Shown here: one piece after another, positions 38,331 to 51,822 of the stretch
How the letters are laid out: the number at the start of each line of letters is the position of its first letter
Position numbering within the stretch: the first letter of the stretch is position 1
NCBI GenBank assembly: GCA_023920165.1
Contig: CP089275.1
Location: 3,224,001-3,288,000, forward strand
Direction: 5' to 3'
DNA length: 64,000 nt
Source of the DNA: Curvularia clavata
Taxonomy: Eukaryota
Notes under the pieces: model-generated
The model's database searches: none
Seen by the model: only the letters and a program-made list of their open reading frames with translations
What the model was told of the DNA's origin: nothing
Translations under genes and position numbers: made by a program

Positions 38331-39958
38331 ACGCCCGGCGACTCCATGCCTCCGCCTCGCCGTCTTGCTCACCCTCTTCCCTCCCTGCTCTGCCCTTCCA
38401 TATTGCCCGCCTGCCCGCCATCCCGCTGCCCGTTTGTCTTTAATCATCTTCACCTCCTGCTCTCCACGCCCCAGCCCCACGCTGCCGGTCTCAAGCTTTG
38501 GCCAAATCCTTCCGCATCCGCGCTCGATACCACTGCAGCCGTCTCAGACTATCACACACATACTCACACCCATAGACACACATCCAGAGACACCCGCCGC
38601 ACAACGCCCATTCTCCTCGATCCCCAGCCATTGTGGCCTCTGGAAATCGCATGCTCAAGCCCTCCAAGCCTCGGCTCACCCGGCCTTCTCATCACTGGCT
38701 GAAGACATCCACCACTGGCAGGCAGCCGTCCAGCTAAGCTTACTGCCACTCCGCGGTGCTGCGTCATCAGAGGCCTCCCACCCGAGCCTCACCGCACGCC
38801 TTCCAGCCGTCTGCTCCCCTCTACCGTTTGGACTCCCGGGCACGAGCCTGCCGCCTGTTACTTCAGTCGTTGCCCGACCTAGTGTCCTCAACCCTCATCG
38901 CCCCAGACCCTACCACGCCTGCCGCTAGTCTACCACTTTGACGGGTCCACGTAAGCAGCACAAGGCCCTCCAATCTTCTCAAGCCTCGCTGTGATCGCCC
39001 GCCGCTTCTGTGCGCTTGCGTCTATGCTCTGCCCTCTGCCCCCAGACCAATCCCATCCTCTTCCGCTATTCCGGGTCATCCTGCCGTGGCTTCCATACCC
39101 CATCACTGCCTAGTATCAACCCTCACCGTCACCTACCTCCACCTTCATAGCGTCCTTGGACTTGGAGCTCTGCAAACTGTCCCCCCCCCCCCTCGCAAGG
39201 CTGTCGAGCCTCGTCCATATTGGCCAGCGGTGCGCCCCTGTCTCTACTCCTTTGTCTGTCATGTAAGTAGTCACCATCCATCACATGGAATTGCGGGTCC
39301 CAACGTGTGACGTCTCATAACACCTCACTCACCTTCATCTTAGCACCTGGCATTTGCGCTGAATCAACCTCCCTCGCTACCAAAAAAGTGTCACTCTCTG
39401 CTCTCTGTTTCGCCAGCAAGGAGCACTTATTGTCCAAGCTGCCGTAGACGAGGCCCTGGGGCTGGCAGTGTTTGACACCGACGCTCAAAGTCGTCCAGGC
39501 TCCCGTATGAATCCTTCTCCTGAAAACCCTGTTTGCTCTTCTCCAAAGAGACCACTTCGGCCAGCCTCACTGGTCAAAAGGCCCCTCGCCATTGTCTTAA
39601 ACCCTTCTTCTCGTCACAGTAAAAGTGCACTCTTGCGATTCTTGTCAGACCGTCTCAAATCTTTTCCAACTGGCCTGCTTCATCTCTGTACCCCATCAGG
39701 TGTGTGGCCAACTATTCTTCAGCAGACTCAGACAGGCCCAGGGACGACCAGTCTCAAACCACGCCCTCGTCTGTTGCCTGCATTCTGACCCCCACTCCCT
39801 AGGCTGCACACTAACATGATCGCAGATTTCGCCTGACAGTACTCTCAGGCCGCGTCCTGCAGGCACTGATAACGAATTTAGGGCACTGCACGGCGCGGGC
39901 CCTAGTAGCGGCGGGACTTGAGCGGTTCGCAGTGCCAGGAACTGCAAAATCGCTGTCC

Positions 39959-42234
39959 ATGTCAGGATTCAGCAAGAACCAGCACTATGTGTATGGTGAG
40001 TGATCTCTGCCTCATCTGACAAAAGCGGGAGGCCACCTGCCAATGTTGGGTCGGATGAACCCGGCACTTGGCCACGTGCGAACCATTAGCATGTTTAACT
40101 GACCACCTCCCATTCAGATGTCCAAAGCACCAGATCAAATCAGGCTGCAAACTACTCAGGCATCATACAACCTGCGTTCGACCCCCAGTATACGGCTGCG
40201 TCCGCGGGACTGACCCATGAGCCTCTAAGCGCAAACATGCCCTACCTGCCTAGCTCAACCTACGAGTCACGCGGTGCGGCCAACCATCGCTCCGATGCAG
40301 CATTTATCGATGCAGAGGCTCGTCATCCCGCTCCTCTCGCATTCACTGAAACGGAAATCACCGAACAAATTACTCCTGCCCAAGGCACTGCTGGATCTAC
40401 CGTAACGCTGCAACTCCGAACGAATTACGATCTCGAGGCCCATCACTGCACCTTCACTCTCATGTTTGGCGACGAAAAGTGCGTTGGCGCACTTCAAAAG
40501 GTCGAATACGACGACCACGACCAGTGGTACAACTATGTCCTCAACGTCGAGGTGCCCCCTTTCCCGCTCACAAACACCTGGGACCCAACCATGATGCTGA
40601 AACTGCAGATTGAGGACAAGATGGGTCGCTCGCGCATCGAAACAAACGCTGGAAAATTCACCTATACCGACATGTCGCCAAACCTGGCATACCAGTCCTC
40701 GTCTGACTTTTCCAAAAAGCGAAAGTATTCCACAGAGGTCAGCGACACTCAGTCTTATCCAGAGGCCAACATCAACCGAAAGCGCGCAAAGTTCTCGCGA
40801 TATGCGCAACCATCTGCAACTCATGGAGCCTACTCTGGCGTCCAGGGGTCACCACTACAGAACCATCCTCCACTGTCCAGTCCGTACCGTCAGGCTAATG
40901 GCTATGAGGCATCCAAGCAAACTGCCTATGCCCCAGAATTCTCGCAGAAAGGCCTTTACGCAATGCCTTCAGGTATGGGCGTTGGCCATGGTAATTACAA
41001 ACCATCGCACTTGTCCCCGAATCTACACTCGTATGGCACATACAGCTCCCCTGTACATGGAGCTCATGCTAGTGTGCCAACCACGGTCCCTGTTCTTCCT
41101 TCACCAGCAGCGGTTCCAGCACCAGTTCTTGTACGTGCAACACACCTTGCGCAAGCAAGCGGAAGCAGCTCGTCGACACAACCCTTCAACCCCTACTCCA
41201 TGTACCAGTCAAAGGCCATTCTCAAGATCGAAGGCGATCTTGACAAGATGAGCGATGACTGGACTACAGAAGAGCTTCATGCCAAGAGACGCCTGGTTGA
41301 GTTCAAGAGATCGCAGCACGGTAGCACCATAACCACCTCCTTTGCGCCTGTTACGCCCGAAGCACGACCGGCTCGCAGCATCTGTGTGAGCTGTATCTGG
41401 TGGGAAGAGAAGGATGAGCACTTCATCACAAGCGTAGACACGATATATCTGCTCGAGCAGCTGGTCAACGTTCGTTTTACAGTCGAGGAAAAGAACCGCA
41501 TCCGCCGCAATCTCGAAGGCTTCCGACCTCTGACCGTATCCAAGGCAAAGCAGGACAGCGAGGACTTCTTCAAGGTAATCATGGGATTTCCCAACCCCAA
41601 GCCCCGCAATATCGAAAAGGACGTCAAGGTGTTCCCTTGGAAAATCCTCTCACATGCACTCAAGAAGATTATCAGCAAATATGTATGTTTTCCATTCCAA
41701 CGCGCTTCTGCAGGCTATGAAGCTAACGCTACACAGTCTGCCAGTTATTCTTCGACGGCTGGTGTCGGATCGCTACCTCTTGCATCCACTGCAGCCTACA
41801 CTCCAAGCGCTGTCTCGCAGGCAGTAATGGATACCCATCGGAACACGTCGCCACAGTCGGTGAGCGCGTCGATTGCGTCAACAGTCTACACGCCCCATAT
41901 GGCCTCCTCTAGCCTATCCCCCAACCAGAAGATGGCAGCAGGCCTCGAAGGGTCAGCAGGACACTCCATGCCGGTTGCTCAACAGACGCCTCCAGGGCAA
42001 AGCATGACTCAGTGGGGTGCTTCCACTCACCAGGTGTCGCCATACCCAGCAACCCTCACACCCGGAACGCGGGGCTCTTGGGACTATGGCTATCTCAACG
42101 CATCGGGTGTTGCGGAGATGCCGTCGATGGCGCATCCCTTGCAAATGCCACGGCCAAACCAAGCAGCCGAGCTCAGCCACATGCCGGCAAACAGTGCTTA
42201 CCACCCGTACAGCGAGGGCACAACGAGGGTGTAG
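39959..42234 (+). CDS. medA: Medusa (MedA/ACON-3)-family developmental transcriptional regulator
   Basis: Exons 39959-39995, 40118-41682, 41737-42234. Conserved block ICVSCIWW...FITSVDTIYLLEQLV..RFTVEEKNRIRRNLEGFRPLTVSKAK...FFKVIMGFPNPKPRNIEKDVKVFPW. Confidence 0.9.
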
Positions 42235-44547
42235 ACGAGACAAGATGCAGCGCCAGCTATCGCACAATTACAGCCACAACCAGGCGTGGTGGGTCCAGGA
42301 TTTGCGTCGGGTGATCAGCCAATGTCCGCATGATCTCTTGCAGCCTAACCACTTTGGGTGCAACACTACGAGTCCTCCACACCTCTACCTGTCAGACTCG
42401 CCTCGAGGAGTTTGCCTAACTGCGCAAGCCTGCTTGCTATCTACTCTGGACTCTTATTTTTTTTTCTTTTTTTAACACTGCATTTTCGACTTTCTCAGGC
42501 GTTCACGGCAGCGGTTTTCCACATTGTCATTTTAGACGCATCATACCCCCAGGCTGGTGGCGTTTTTCCGGCTCCTTCACTCTCATTACCTGTTCTATTC
42601 TCCTAGGCAGCCATGCAATATCCCAAGGCCTCAATAACTGCAAAATCATTGATCTTGTGGCTACGAAATGATCACGAGCGCATATCAAGCTGGAAACGGA
42701 CTATCTTGCATCACGACGGCGTTTCATCACTAGACCCTTTTCTATAATACATGCCTTCCTCCTTGGCATCCTCTTTCCTGTTCCTATTACAGGGTCATTT
42801 CCATTTACATGTTGCATTATTCTTAGATTTTGCATGTCTTAACGGGATTTTTGCTGTATCATTGTTTCCCATACCCTACTGGACACATACTCTTGCATTA
42901 GACAGGGCGTAAATGGGCGGGCAATGGCGGAATCATGTATCTTGTGGCAAACTTTGCCTCTGTCAGCTTTCTATCTCTCTTCTCATCTTCGCGTCTTTGT
43001 TTTCATGTTCGCATTTGTTTTATGGACTTCCGAGATTCCCCTCACTGGATCCTGTTGCGCGGCTCAAATGTATCGTAATGCCATATCACCTTTGATGTAT
43101 CTGTTTTTTTTTTTTTTTTACATGTGTAACACTGGCTCCCACTCATGCGTTTATACCAATTCAAATCTTGTCTGCTCCGACTCGTAACACCTAGAACCAC
43201 TACTAATATACTGGACGTGTGTACATGAGTGCGAAAATCAAACTTTACCGAGTTCCTTCATTTCCTCTTGACATTCTTTTATAGCTTACGACTTCGCAAT
43301 CTCGTCCCTCCAATAAATGACATCCACTCTCTTCTAGTCTCTAGATAAAAAAAAACTATGCTCCCCAGCACAAAACTCGACGCTATCCAAGCCGTGAATA
43401 CTACGCACTCGTTCCCCCTTTCTCCCTTTATCTCAAAGCAAACGACATATACGGATGATCTGACTCCAGCTAACCGACCTGAAAAGGAACAAAAGAGAAA
43501 TTTGACAAAAAGGGGGCTTCGGAAGATCTAGCATCCATCTATACCCACTTTCATTCTCTTGTACCTTGAGTTTTCTGCATATTCTAACATTATAGTAGCA
43601 CAAGCTTCAGTCCTACGAATCATAAACTGGATATTCTCTGCTCATTGCTCATGGAATTAACAGACAAGCAACCCTTTCTCTTTTTTTTTCAATCAAGGCT
43701 AATCAAATGCGAGCGCCCGGGATATATACGCATATCGGCTTAGACCAAGGGGAGGGGGGAGTAGGAAGAGTTGTAGGTCTTTATTTGACGACTCGAGTGC
43801 GATTCGTAACTTGGAAGGAAATTCTGGGCGCGGGGAACGTGGTATTGCATCAAAGGCGGGGTGAATGGAATAAGAAAAGAGAGAAAGAGAGAAAGAGAGA
43901 AAAAAAGAAAGAAGAAACGAAGGAGGGGGTTATGTAAATGTGGGTAGTACAAGATGTATATATGGGCAATGTTGACGATCCAATGGATAGGAACAACCCC
44001 CATACTTGAGGTCAAGTAGATGTATGTATGCATCGAGTACTAGAGAACAAGTACAAGTTTACTTTAGAAAGTCAAATAAAACGCCAACCACAGCCTATCA
44101 GATGACCAAGTTTTAATAAGAAGAGTAGGGTATATTCTGGTTTTCGTCTACATAAAACGCGTTGAAATAAATAAATAAAACACCTCATTATTCTCGTTCT
44201 TCGTTCTTTTTTTCGTCTTTCATACTCATTCAGGCGTACACACATGTACCTCCATTCGTACTTGCTCGTTGTACACATCATGTGCGTTAACAACGTGCAA
44301 AGAGGTGTCGTGAGCGCATCATTACCACATACCATGCCCGCAGATAAAAAACAGTCAAAGACACAAACTCAGCAGTCTGAGAGTGGACCTCCTCCCACAC
44401 AAAAGACACACAGCTAGCCGCTTGGCCAGGGTTCCAGTGCAGCAAAAGGGTATAATGCAAACCAACCAATCAACCTATTTCCATCCCGATTTCATTCCGT
44501 CGTTTGATTCCGTCGCGTTTCGTTCTGATTAAGGGCTGTCAAGACAT

Positions 44548-47500
44548 TTATTTCTTGCCCTTCTTCTTGTTCTTCTTCTTGTTCTTGGAGCCGCTGGGCG
44601 TCTGTTCGCCAGTTGCTTCGCCGTCTTCCTCCTTGTCCTCGCCAGTAGGTGTGGATGGGGTCTCGGGTTCGGCCTCCTTAGGGGAATCAGGTGCTTCAAC
44701 TTCAGTCTCCTTGATATCATCAACAGGGGCAGCCGGGGCTTCAGCAGGCTTCTCGACTTCCTTGACAGGCTCAGCCTCCTTGGCTTCAGCCTTCTCGACA
44801 ACCTCAGCACTAGCAGTCTTGAGCTCCTCCTGTGCAGCCTTGGCCTTCTCGAGCTGCTCCTTGACAGACTCAAGCTCGGCCTTGACCTCATCACGCTCCT
44901 TCTTCAGGGCCTCGGAGTCAGACTGCAGGGCAGTCGTCTTCTCCTCGTTCTCCTTCAAAGTAGCCTGGAGGGACTCGAGGGACTTCTTGGCGTCGGCGGC
45001 TTCGGTTTTGGAGGCCTCGAGGTCCTGGGTGGCAGTCTCAGATGCCTTGGTGGACTCATCCAGCTTGGCCTGGAGAGCAGTGACTTCAGACTCCTTGGCC
45101 TTGGCAGCCTCGACGGTCGACTCAAGCTCTGAGATCTTAGCGTCGTTGGCCTTGATCTTCTCCTCAAGCTCGTTCTTCTCGGCAGTTGACTTCTCAGCCG
45201 ATGCCTTGAGGTCTGCAATTTCAGCCTCAAGAGCCTCCGCCTTGGACGAACCCTCAGAAGCCTTTGCGGCGCTCTCCTTGGCCTCAGCCTCAGCCTGCTT
45301 GGATGCCTTGAGCTCCTCCTCGGCAGCTTCCTTCGCCTTCTCAGCGGCGGCCAGGTCCTTCTCGAGCGAAGAGACCTTTTCACTACCAGAGGACTCCGCA
45401 GCTTTAAGGGCCTCAGAGTGCTCTGATTCCTTGGCGGCAAGCTTGGCCTCGAGCTCAGCAACCTTGCTGGCCTCAGCCTTGGCCTCAGCGAGTTCCTTCT
45501 CAAGAGCGGCAATCTTGTCGTTACTGGAAGATTCGGCGGCCTTGACGGATTCGGAGTGTTCAGCCTCCTTGGCCTCAAGCTGGCTGGTCTTCTCCTTGAG
45601 AGACGCCTCGAGCTCGCTAATGGTGCTGCGAAGGCCTTCGGTCTCCTGCTTGGATGATTCGGTGGCCTTGGTAGCCTCCTCCTTTGCGGCGGTGGCGGCC
45701 TCAAGATCAGCCTTTGCGGTAGCAAGCGCCGTCTCCAGCTCGCCAGCCTTGCCAGCATCAGCAGACTTGGCCTCCAACTCAGCCTTCTGAGCAGTGAGGC
45801 TCTCCTGGGCCTCCTTCAGACTGGCCTCCAACTCGGAAATCTTTGCGCTTGAAGACTCAGTAGCCTTGGTGGTCTCCTCTTTGGCGGCAGCCAGTTCAGA
45901 TTCCTTAGTGGCAAGGCTCTCCTGAGCCTCCTTCAAAGAAGTCTCAAGCTCGGTGACCTTGGAACCGGAGGCCTCGGAAGCCTTGCTAGTCTCCTCCTTG
46001 GCAGCCTCGAGTTCAGCTTCCTTAGCAGACAGGCTGTCCTTGGCCTCCTTGAGAGAAGCCTCGAGATCGGAAATCGTCTTTTGTAGACCCTCAGCATCGC
46101 CCTTGGATGACTCGACGGCTTTGCTGGCCTCCTCCTTAGCTGCAGTAAGCTCAGACTCCTTAGCGGCAAGGCTGTCCTGAGCCTCCTTCAGGGAACCCTC
46201 AAGCTCAGTGACCTTGGAGGCAGAGGCCTCAGAGGCCTTGGTAGTCTCCTCCTTGGCGGCCTCCAACTCAGCTTCGAGCTTGGAGACCTTCTCGCGGAGC
46301 TCCTCGGCCTCCTTCTTAGCAGCGGTGGTCTGCTCGTCGGAAGAGCCCTTGGCGCTCTCAATCTCGGCCTCAAGCTTGCTGACGGTGCTCTGAAGTCCAG
46401 CAACCTCCTCCTTGGCAGAGCCAATAGCCTTTGAAGCATCGCCCTTGGCGGTCTCGAGCTCAGCATCCTTAGCAGAAAGGCTCTCCTGGGCCTCCTTGAG
46501 GGATGCCTCGAGTTCGGTAATCTTAGCAGTGAGCGAATCAACGTTGGTCTTGGCCTCCTCAGCAGCCTTAACGGCGGCCTCCTTCTCAGAAGCAAGAGAA
46601 GACGATGACTCCTCAAGCTCGGATGTCTTGGCGGCCAGGCTGTCTTGTGCCTCCTTCAGCGACTTCTCCAGAGCAGAAACCTTTCCAGCAAGCTCGTCAG
46701 CGTCGCCCTTGGACAGGTCGGCAGTCTTGAGCTTCTCCTGCAGTTCGCTAATCTCTGTCTTCAGGCCATCGACCTCAGTCTTGGAGGACTCGGTAAGAGA
46801 CGCAACCTGCTCGGTGGCGGCAGCGTGCTCCTTGGTCTTAGCCTCGAGGTCAGCAGCTTTTTGGTCGAGAGTGTCCTTGGCTTCCTTGAGAGAAGCCTGC
46901 AGCTCGGCGATGGTGTTGCGGAGACCCTCAGCCTCCTCCTTGGAGGCCTTCTCAGCGTCAGCATCCTGGTTGCCGCGGGCAGCAAGCTCATCAGAGAGCT
47001 TGTTGTGGGCAGTCTCAAGCTCGGCGTGCTTCGACTTGAGCTCTTCCAACTCAGAGAGCTGCGACCTCAGGACAGCGACCTCGGCAGCAAGCTCCTCAAC
47101 CTTTGTCTTCTGAGCATCGCGGTCGGCAGCGAGAGCGTCAAGCTCAGACTTGGCGACAGTGTCGGCGTTCTGGCTCTTGAGCTCCTCGATAGTGGCAAGG
47201 GCCTCAGCAAGCTCCTTCTCAGTGCTGCTCTTTGCGGCGGTGGCCTCCTCCAATTGTGCTCTGACAGAGGCAAGTTCAGCCTCCTTAGTCTCAAGCTCAG
47301 CCGAGTTATCAACCGACTTGTCAGCCGATTCAGTTGTGGCTGGTTGCTGGCTGTCAATCTGGGCCTTGAGCTTCTCAATCTCTGCCTTGTAGGACTCAAT
47401 GGAGTTCTCGAGCTCGGAAACGGTGCTGCGGAGGGTCTCGACCTCCTTGTTAACATCAGCAATCTTGGTCTTGAACTCGGCCTCACACTCTTCGCGGACC

Positions 47501-48128
47501 GTGTTCCTCTCCTTAGCCTTGGCCTCGCGTACTTGCTGTACAACGACGCTAACCATGTGCTCTTCGAGCTCCTTCTTGTCCTGCTGCAGAGCCTGCTCGC
47601 GCGACTCGAACTCCTTTTCACGCTCCTTGTGGTCCTCCTCTAGACTCCGCACGTGCTCATCCTGTGTAGCCGCAATGCGCTGTGCCTCGTCCAAGTCATT
47701 TTCGGCACGAGCCAGCTTCTTCTTGAGCTTGGAGATTTGCGTCTCGAGGCTGTCGGAAGCATCTGGTGAGGGAGGAGAGGGGGAGTCTGCTGATGGGGGA
47801 GAGCCATAGGTCAGTATGTTGCTCGGAGGTTGTATGTTTAGTGGGGAGGCTCTGGAGTGTAGGGTGGGTGGGTAGCGTGGAACAGCTGCAAAATGCGTTA
47901 TTGGGCAGGTGGGGCATGGGGGACTTGTGAAGATGACGTACCGGCTTCGTCTTCGCTCAGCCGTCTAGGGGCCTCGCGGGGTGTCTCAGGCGGGGTGTCT
48001 ACGCCATTGTCGTAGGGTCTTGCGTCGTCCTTGCTCGGAGGTGTGGCCTCGGTGGTAGTGACTGGGGGAGCAGCGGAGGCGGGCACTGGAGCAGCAGCGC
48101 CAAAAAAGTAGTTGTACGCCCTCTTCAT
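44548..48128 (-). CDS. Long Ala/Glu/Lys-rich coiled-coil protein with internal repeats and polybasic C-terminus (start uncertain)
   Basis: The 1048-aa ORF joins the 47898-48272 ORF in frame via intron 47941-47790 (GTACGT..CAG). First in-frame ATG is at 48128 (MKRAYNYFFG), but the frame stays open further upstream. Ends SKNKKKNKKKGKK. Very strong codon bias. Confidence 0.85.
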
Positions 48129-51100
48129 ACTGCTGGTTCGTTTGGGGATGCCGGGTCGGGCGGAACTCGTCGACTTGCGGCCTCGTCGGTCTTCTTGCTG
48201 GCTTGCTTCGCCAGTTGCGGTGACGGTGACGGGTATTATTTGCTCTGGGTTCCTATCCCTGCGGGTGCTCAAACTCCTGGCTGGAAGGAGTCGTCTGCTA
48301 AACTTCTGAGATCCCGACTGGATATCAGCGAGGATCTGCTTCTGTTCTCTTGAAGAGACTCTGTAGGGCTATTGTCAGCGAGTTGGTGTGAAAGATGGGA
48401 CGCAAAAGCAGCAAAAGTGGCTTGACATGTGACATTGGTTGCAGGTCAACAAACAATGGGGCGGTGGGGCAAGGAAAGACAAGAACAAAAAAAAAACAAG
48501 GTCGAGGCGTGAAGGGAGCAACAGCATATGTGTGTGTCTGAGCAGAGCTGAGCAGCAGACGGGAGAGCTTCTTACCAAAAGCGGCAGCGATAAGAGAAGG
48601 GCACAAAGGCTTGGTGGTGTGGACCGCAGAGGGGTGGTGGGATGGTGGTGGTGAGGGGAAGGAGGGGTGAGTGGTGGGAGGAGTGGGAGAGAGGAAAAGG
48701 GAAGGAGGGCGTTTGGTTGACGGGGCAGCACTCACTCATAGCTTTCTTTCCTGCCCCAGCTCGGCATGATTCACGCGCTTGTGCTGTTGCTATCAGTCGG
48801 GTCGGGGGTGGGCTTCTTTGGCAGCGCCACTAAGACGGCAGCTTGGGACAGTCCAATCAAGGCAATGTTGACCAGAAAAAAATTTGTTGCCCTTTCTGAA
48901 TGTGGGCGGGCCGTCAAGAGTGGTCACCGCACGGTACGAAATGGAGCTTTACTTATGTACAAGGACAGCAACGGGATGGATCCTGCATGCAAGCGTGGTG
49001 GGCAGTCGGGCGCTAAGAGACGGCTACGAGGATGATACAGAGGGCTGGGCGGGCAGAGCCAGTCATATACAACATTACGACTGCTAGCAGCGGCGACATG
49101 GCCAGCATTGATGGCCTTGGATGCACAAGCCGATGGATGCGATGACACGGCGCCCGAGACCCCAAGCGGCTCCACCCTGGCTTTTCTTACCGCCTCGACT
49201 AGCGGCCGCCTCAGGACATGACGACCACGACGGGCATACTGTCACTGCTTATTCATGGACGAGCACATTCGTCGGCGACTCGACTCGACTCGACTCGAGT
49301 GGGCACGGTGACGACGAGGGGGAGGGGCACGACGACACAACACCGGCAGCCCTATAGCGACATGGCACTCTACCTCAACGTCTCTCCAACACTGCACGTC
49401 TCCGTCTCCACCAGAGCTCCAACCGGCCAATCACGTCTCTGCACGTCAGTACCACCACGTCGCGTCCCAAGACGTGCTCGAACCATTCCGGGGAGCCTCG
49501 AGCATTTGTCGTGCAGGCGCGGTAAGCTGCAAAAGACGGTTTCTCCCTCGCCGTCACACTCTGCGCGTGCCATGAAAAGACACTGCCCATGTGCCCCTCC
49601 AATGGCCCCGAGGCGTGGGCGAGGGCTACCAGCACGGACACGACGCGTCAAGGTGTGACTCGGCATGATGCGAACGCCAATTGCCTGCAGGAACACACGG
49701 TCTTTTTCCTCTTGCACCTCCACCACCACCCTTACCACACGTCTCTTGTGCTCGCCTGCCCGACATGTCCAGCCTCTCTGTGATTTAAACAAGTCCAGTA
49801 TAAAGTCCGCATACACAAACTGGGCCTAGCCACCAAGCACGCCCTCGGTCATGCAGGCGCCGCCCTACCAGTCAACAAAAAAAAACAGGGCTGGCTGGCT
49901 GGGCTTGGGCTTATTTTTCCCTTTTGCCAGAGTGCAAGGAAGAAAAATAGGCGGTCGATGCGTTGATGCGTTGTTCGGGCGATCCGCACCATCAGCATCA
50001 TTTTTTTTCCACTCGCCAAAGGGAAAAAACGCCGCCGCCCTACCTCGGCTGTATCATACTCCGATCGCCTAGGAAAACTCTCTTAAGACGACGCAACATA
50101 GTAGTACTCCATACACGCAACAAGATCAAACAACGGAATCAATCAAACACGTTGAAAAGAAGAAGAACTGGAAGAAAAAAAGTCTCTTCTCCTGCTCACC
50201 GCATCCCTCAATGCATGGCCATTCACATCCTCGCAGCCTCCTTCGCATGCATCCATACAGACCTGGTACACCAAACCCTGCATACCCGCCCTGCCCGTTG
50301 AACAAGCGCCGCCTCTCCGCGCTAGCCCAGCCACGCACGCGCCTCTTGCTCACCCACCTCACCTCTTACTCAAGCACTCACTTTGAATCCTCCCCCACCG
50401 CCTCTTTGCCTCCCCTCCAGCTCTCGCCTTGCCCAATTCCATCCAGAGATCGTCGTCGCTATCGTCTCCACACGCACGCCTCTCGGCACTACTATCCCAC
50501 CATACATACTCGCATGCACATGCTTTCACATGCGGAGGGAAGTGATATAGTGTGACATCCAATCATCTGACCAAGTAAGAAAGAAAGTCGAAAAAAAAGT
50601 CTTTCATCCGACACCGCTTCACCCCGGTCTGCACTACACACAGACATATAGTAAGTAGGTAGGTGGGCTAGTATATGTAGACAGACAAGCAAGTAAACCC
50701 TTGCCGCGACGGGAAACCGGTGCCGGACGGGACGAAAAAATAAAGCAAAACAAAAACAAAGCAGACGCTGATCAAACCCTAGCAGGGTTCTCACCACCAG
50801 TCCCTCTTTCCATTTTTCGCCCAATCTTCCCTACGTACATGTATACATGTAGGTGTACGAGGAGCAAACATACATAGTAGCGGTCAAACCCGACCGGGGT
50901 ATCTCCGATGTTACTTAGGTACCTACCAAAGTAGGTAACTCGGTGTTAGCCCCCCATGTTCACGTCCACTGTACATACCTACACATCTCAATCACGCAAT
51001 CACCCCGATTTTCTCAACGTGCATAAACTACAATCGATGAATATTTCCTTTGATACGAACTAACAAATTCCCCATAAAACTTGCAGACCAACTTTGCAAA

Positions 51101-51822
51101 AATGGAAAAACGCCAGTGACTATGCCTTTTGAAACTCCAAACCCCTTGTTTGTTCCATAGGAAAAGAAAAAAGGTAATACATACATGCAAACTCCGTGCC
51201 GCAAAGTGATAAAGGAGCAAGAAGGGGGAAGGCCGGGGCAGCTACCTCAGGCGCATAACGCGCGGGAAAGGGGAAAAGGAAAATGACATAAACATCGAAT
51301 AACCCATCAAACTCCCACCACCATCATGGAAATCTCCACTTTTGCCTACTAGTAACTCCCAAACTCGATTCATGCCGACCGTTGACGCCTCGCTCGCGCA
51401 GTAGCAAGACCGCTTCGCCAGCCACGCTTGATGCTGCTGCTGCTACTACTGGTGGTCGCCTCGGCTGTGACTGCTTCCTGCACACTAAGTCTGCTGCCGC
51501 CCTCTTGAGCCCCTGGAGCACAAAGCGGCGGTGGAGTACATTCGCTTCGACACGTGGAACCACCACACGTACTACATGGCACAGGCCCCGTTGCCGTCTC
51601 CATTGGTGCCGCCGCCGCCCTTCGACGATCCGCAATCTGAGGCGACGAAAGCCGCCGTGTCCATCCAAGGTTAGGCCTGCTGCTTTTTCGACTTGCACTC
51701 TCGTCCCGCCGGCTTTGTCGCGCCTCTCTGAACACTTCTCTGCCCCTCTTCAAGTGGTTCCGCCCTGTGCATAAAAAAAACTATTAGCTTCCATTAAAAA
51801 GGACAACTGTGTTTGCTCCCGT

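Noticed and set aside
37273..38928. Overlapping 140-294 aa ORFs with poly-Ala/Cys/Leu runs
   Set aside because: GC-rich low-complexity DNA open in several frames at once, with no domain or coherent codon bias.
44504..47643. Long + strand ORFs (428, 233, 332 aa)
   Set aside because: Antisense to the codon-biased coiled-coil gene; the lack of stops follows from its codon usage.
48729..48739. ATGA|GTGAGT micro-exon as the start of the coiled-coil gene
   Set aside because: Splicing to the acceptor at 48360 gives a frame that stops after ~30 codons. It could be a uORF, but it is unsupported as the CDS start.
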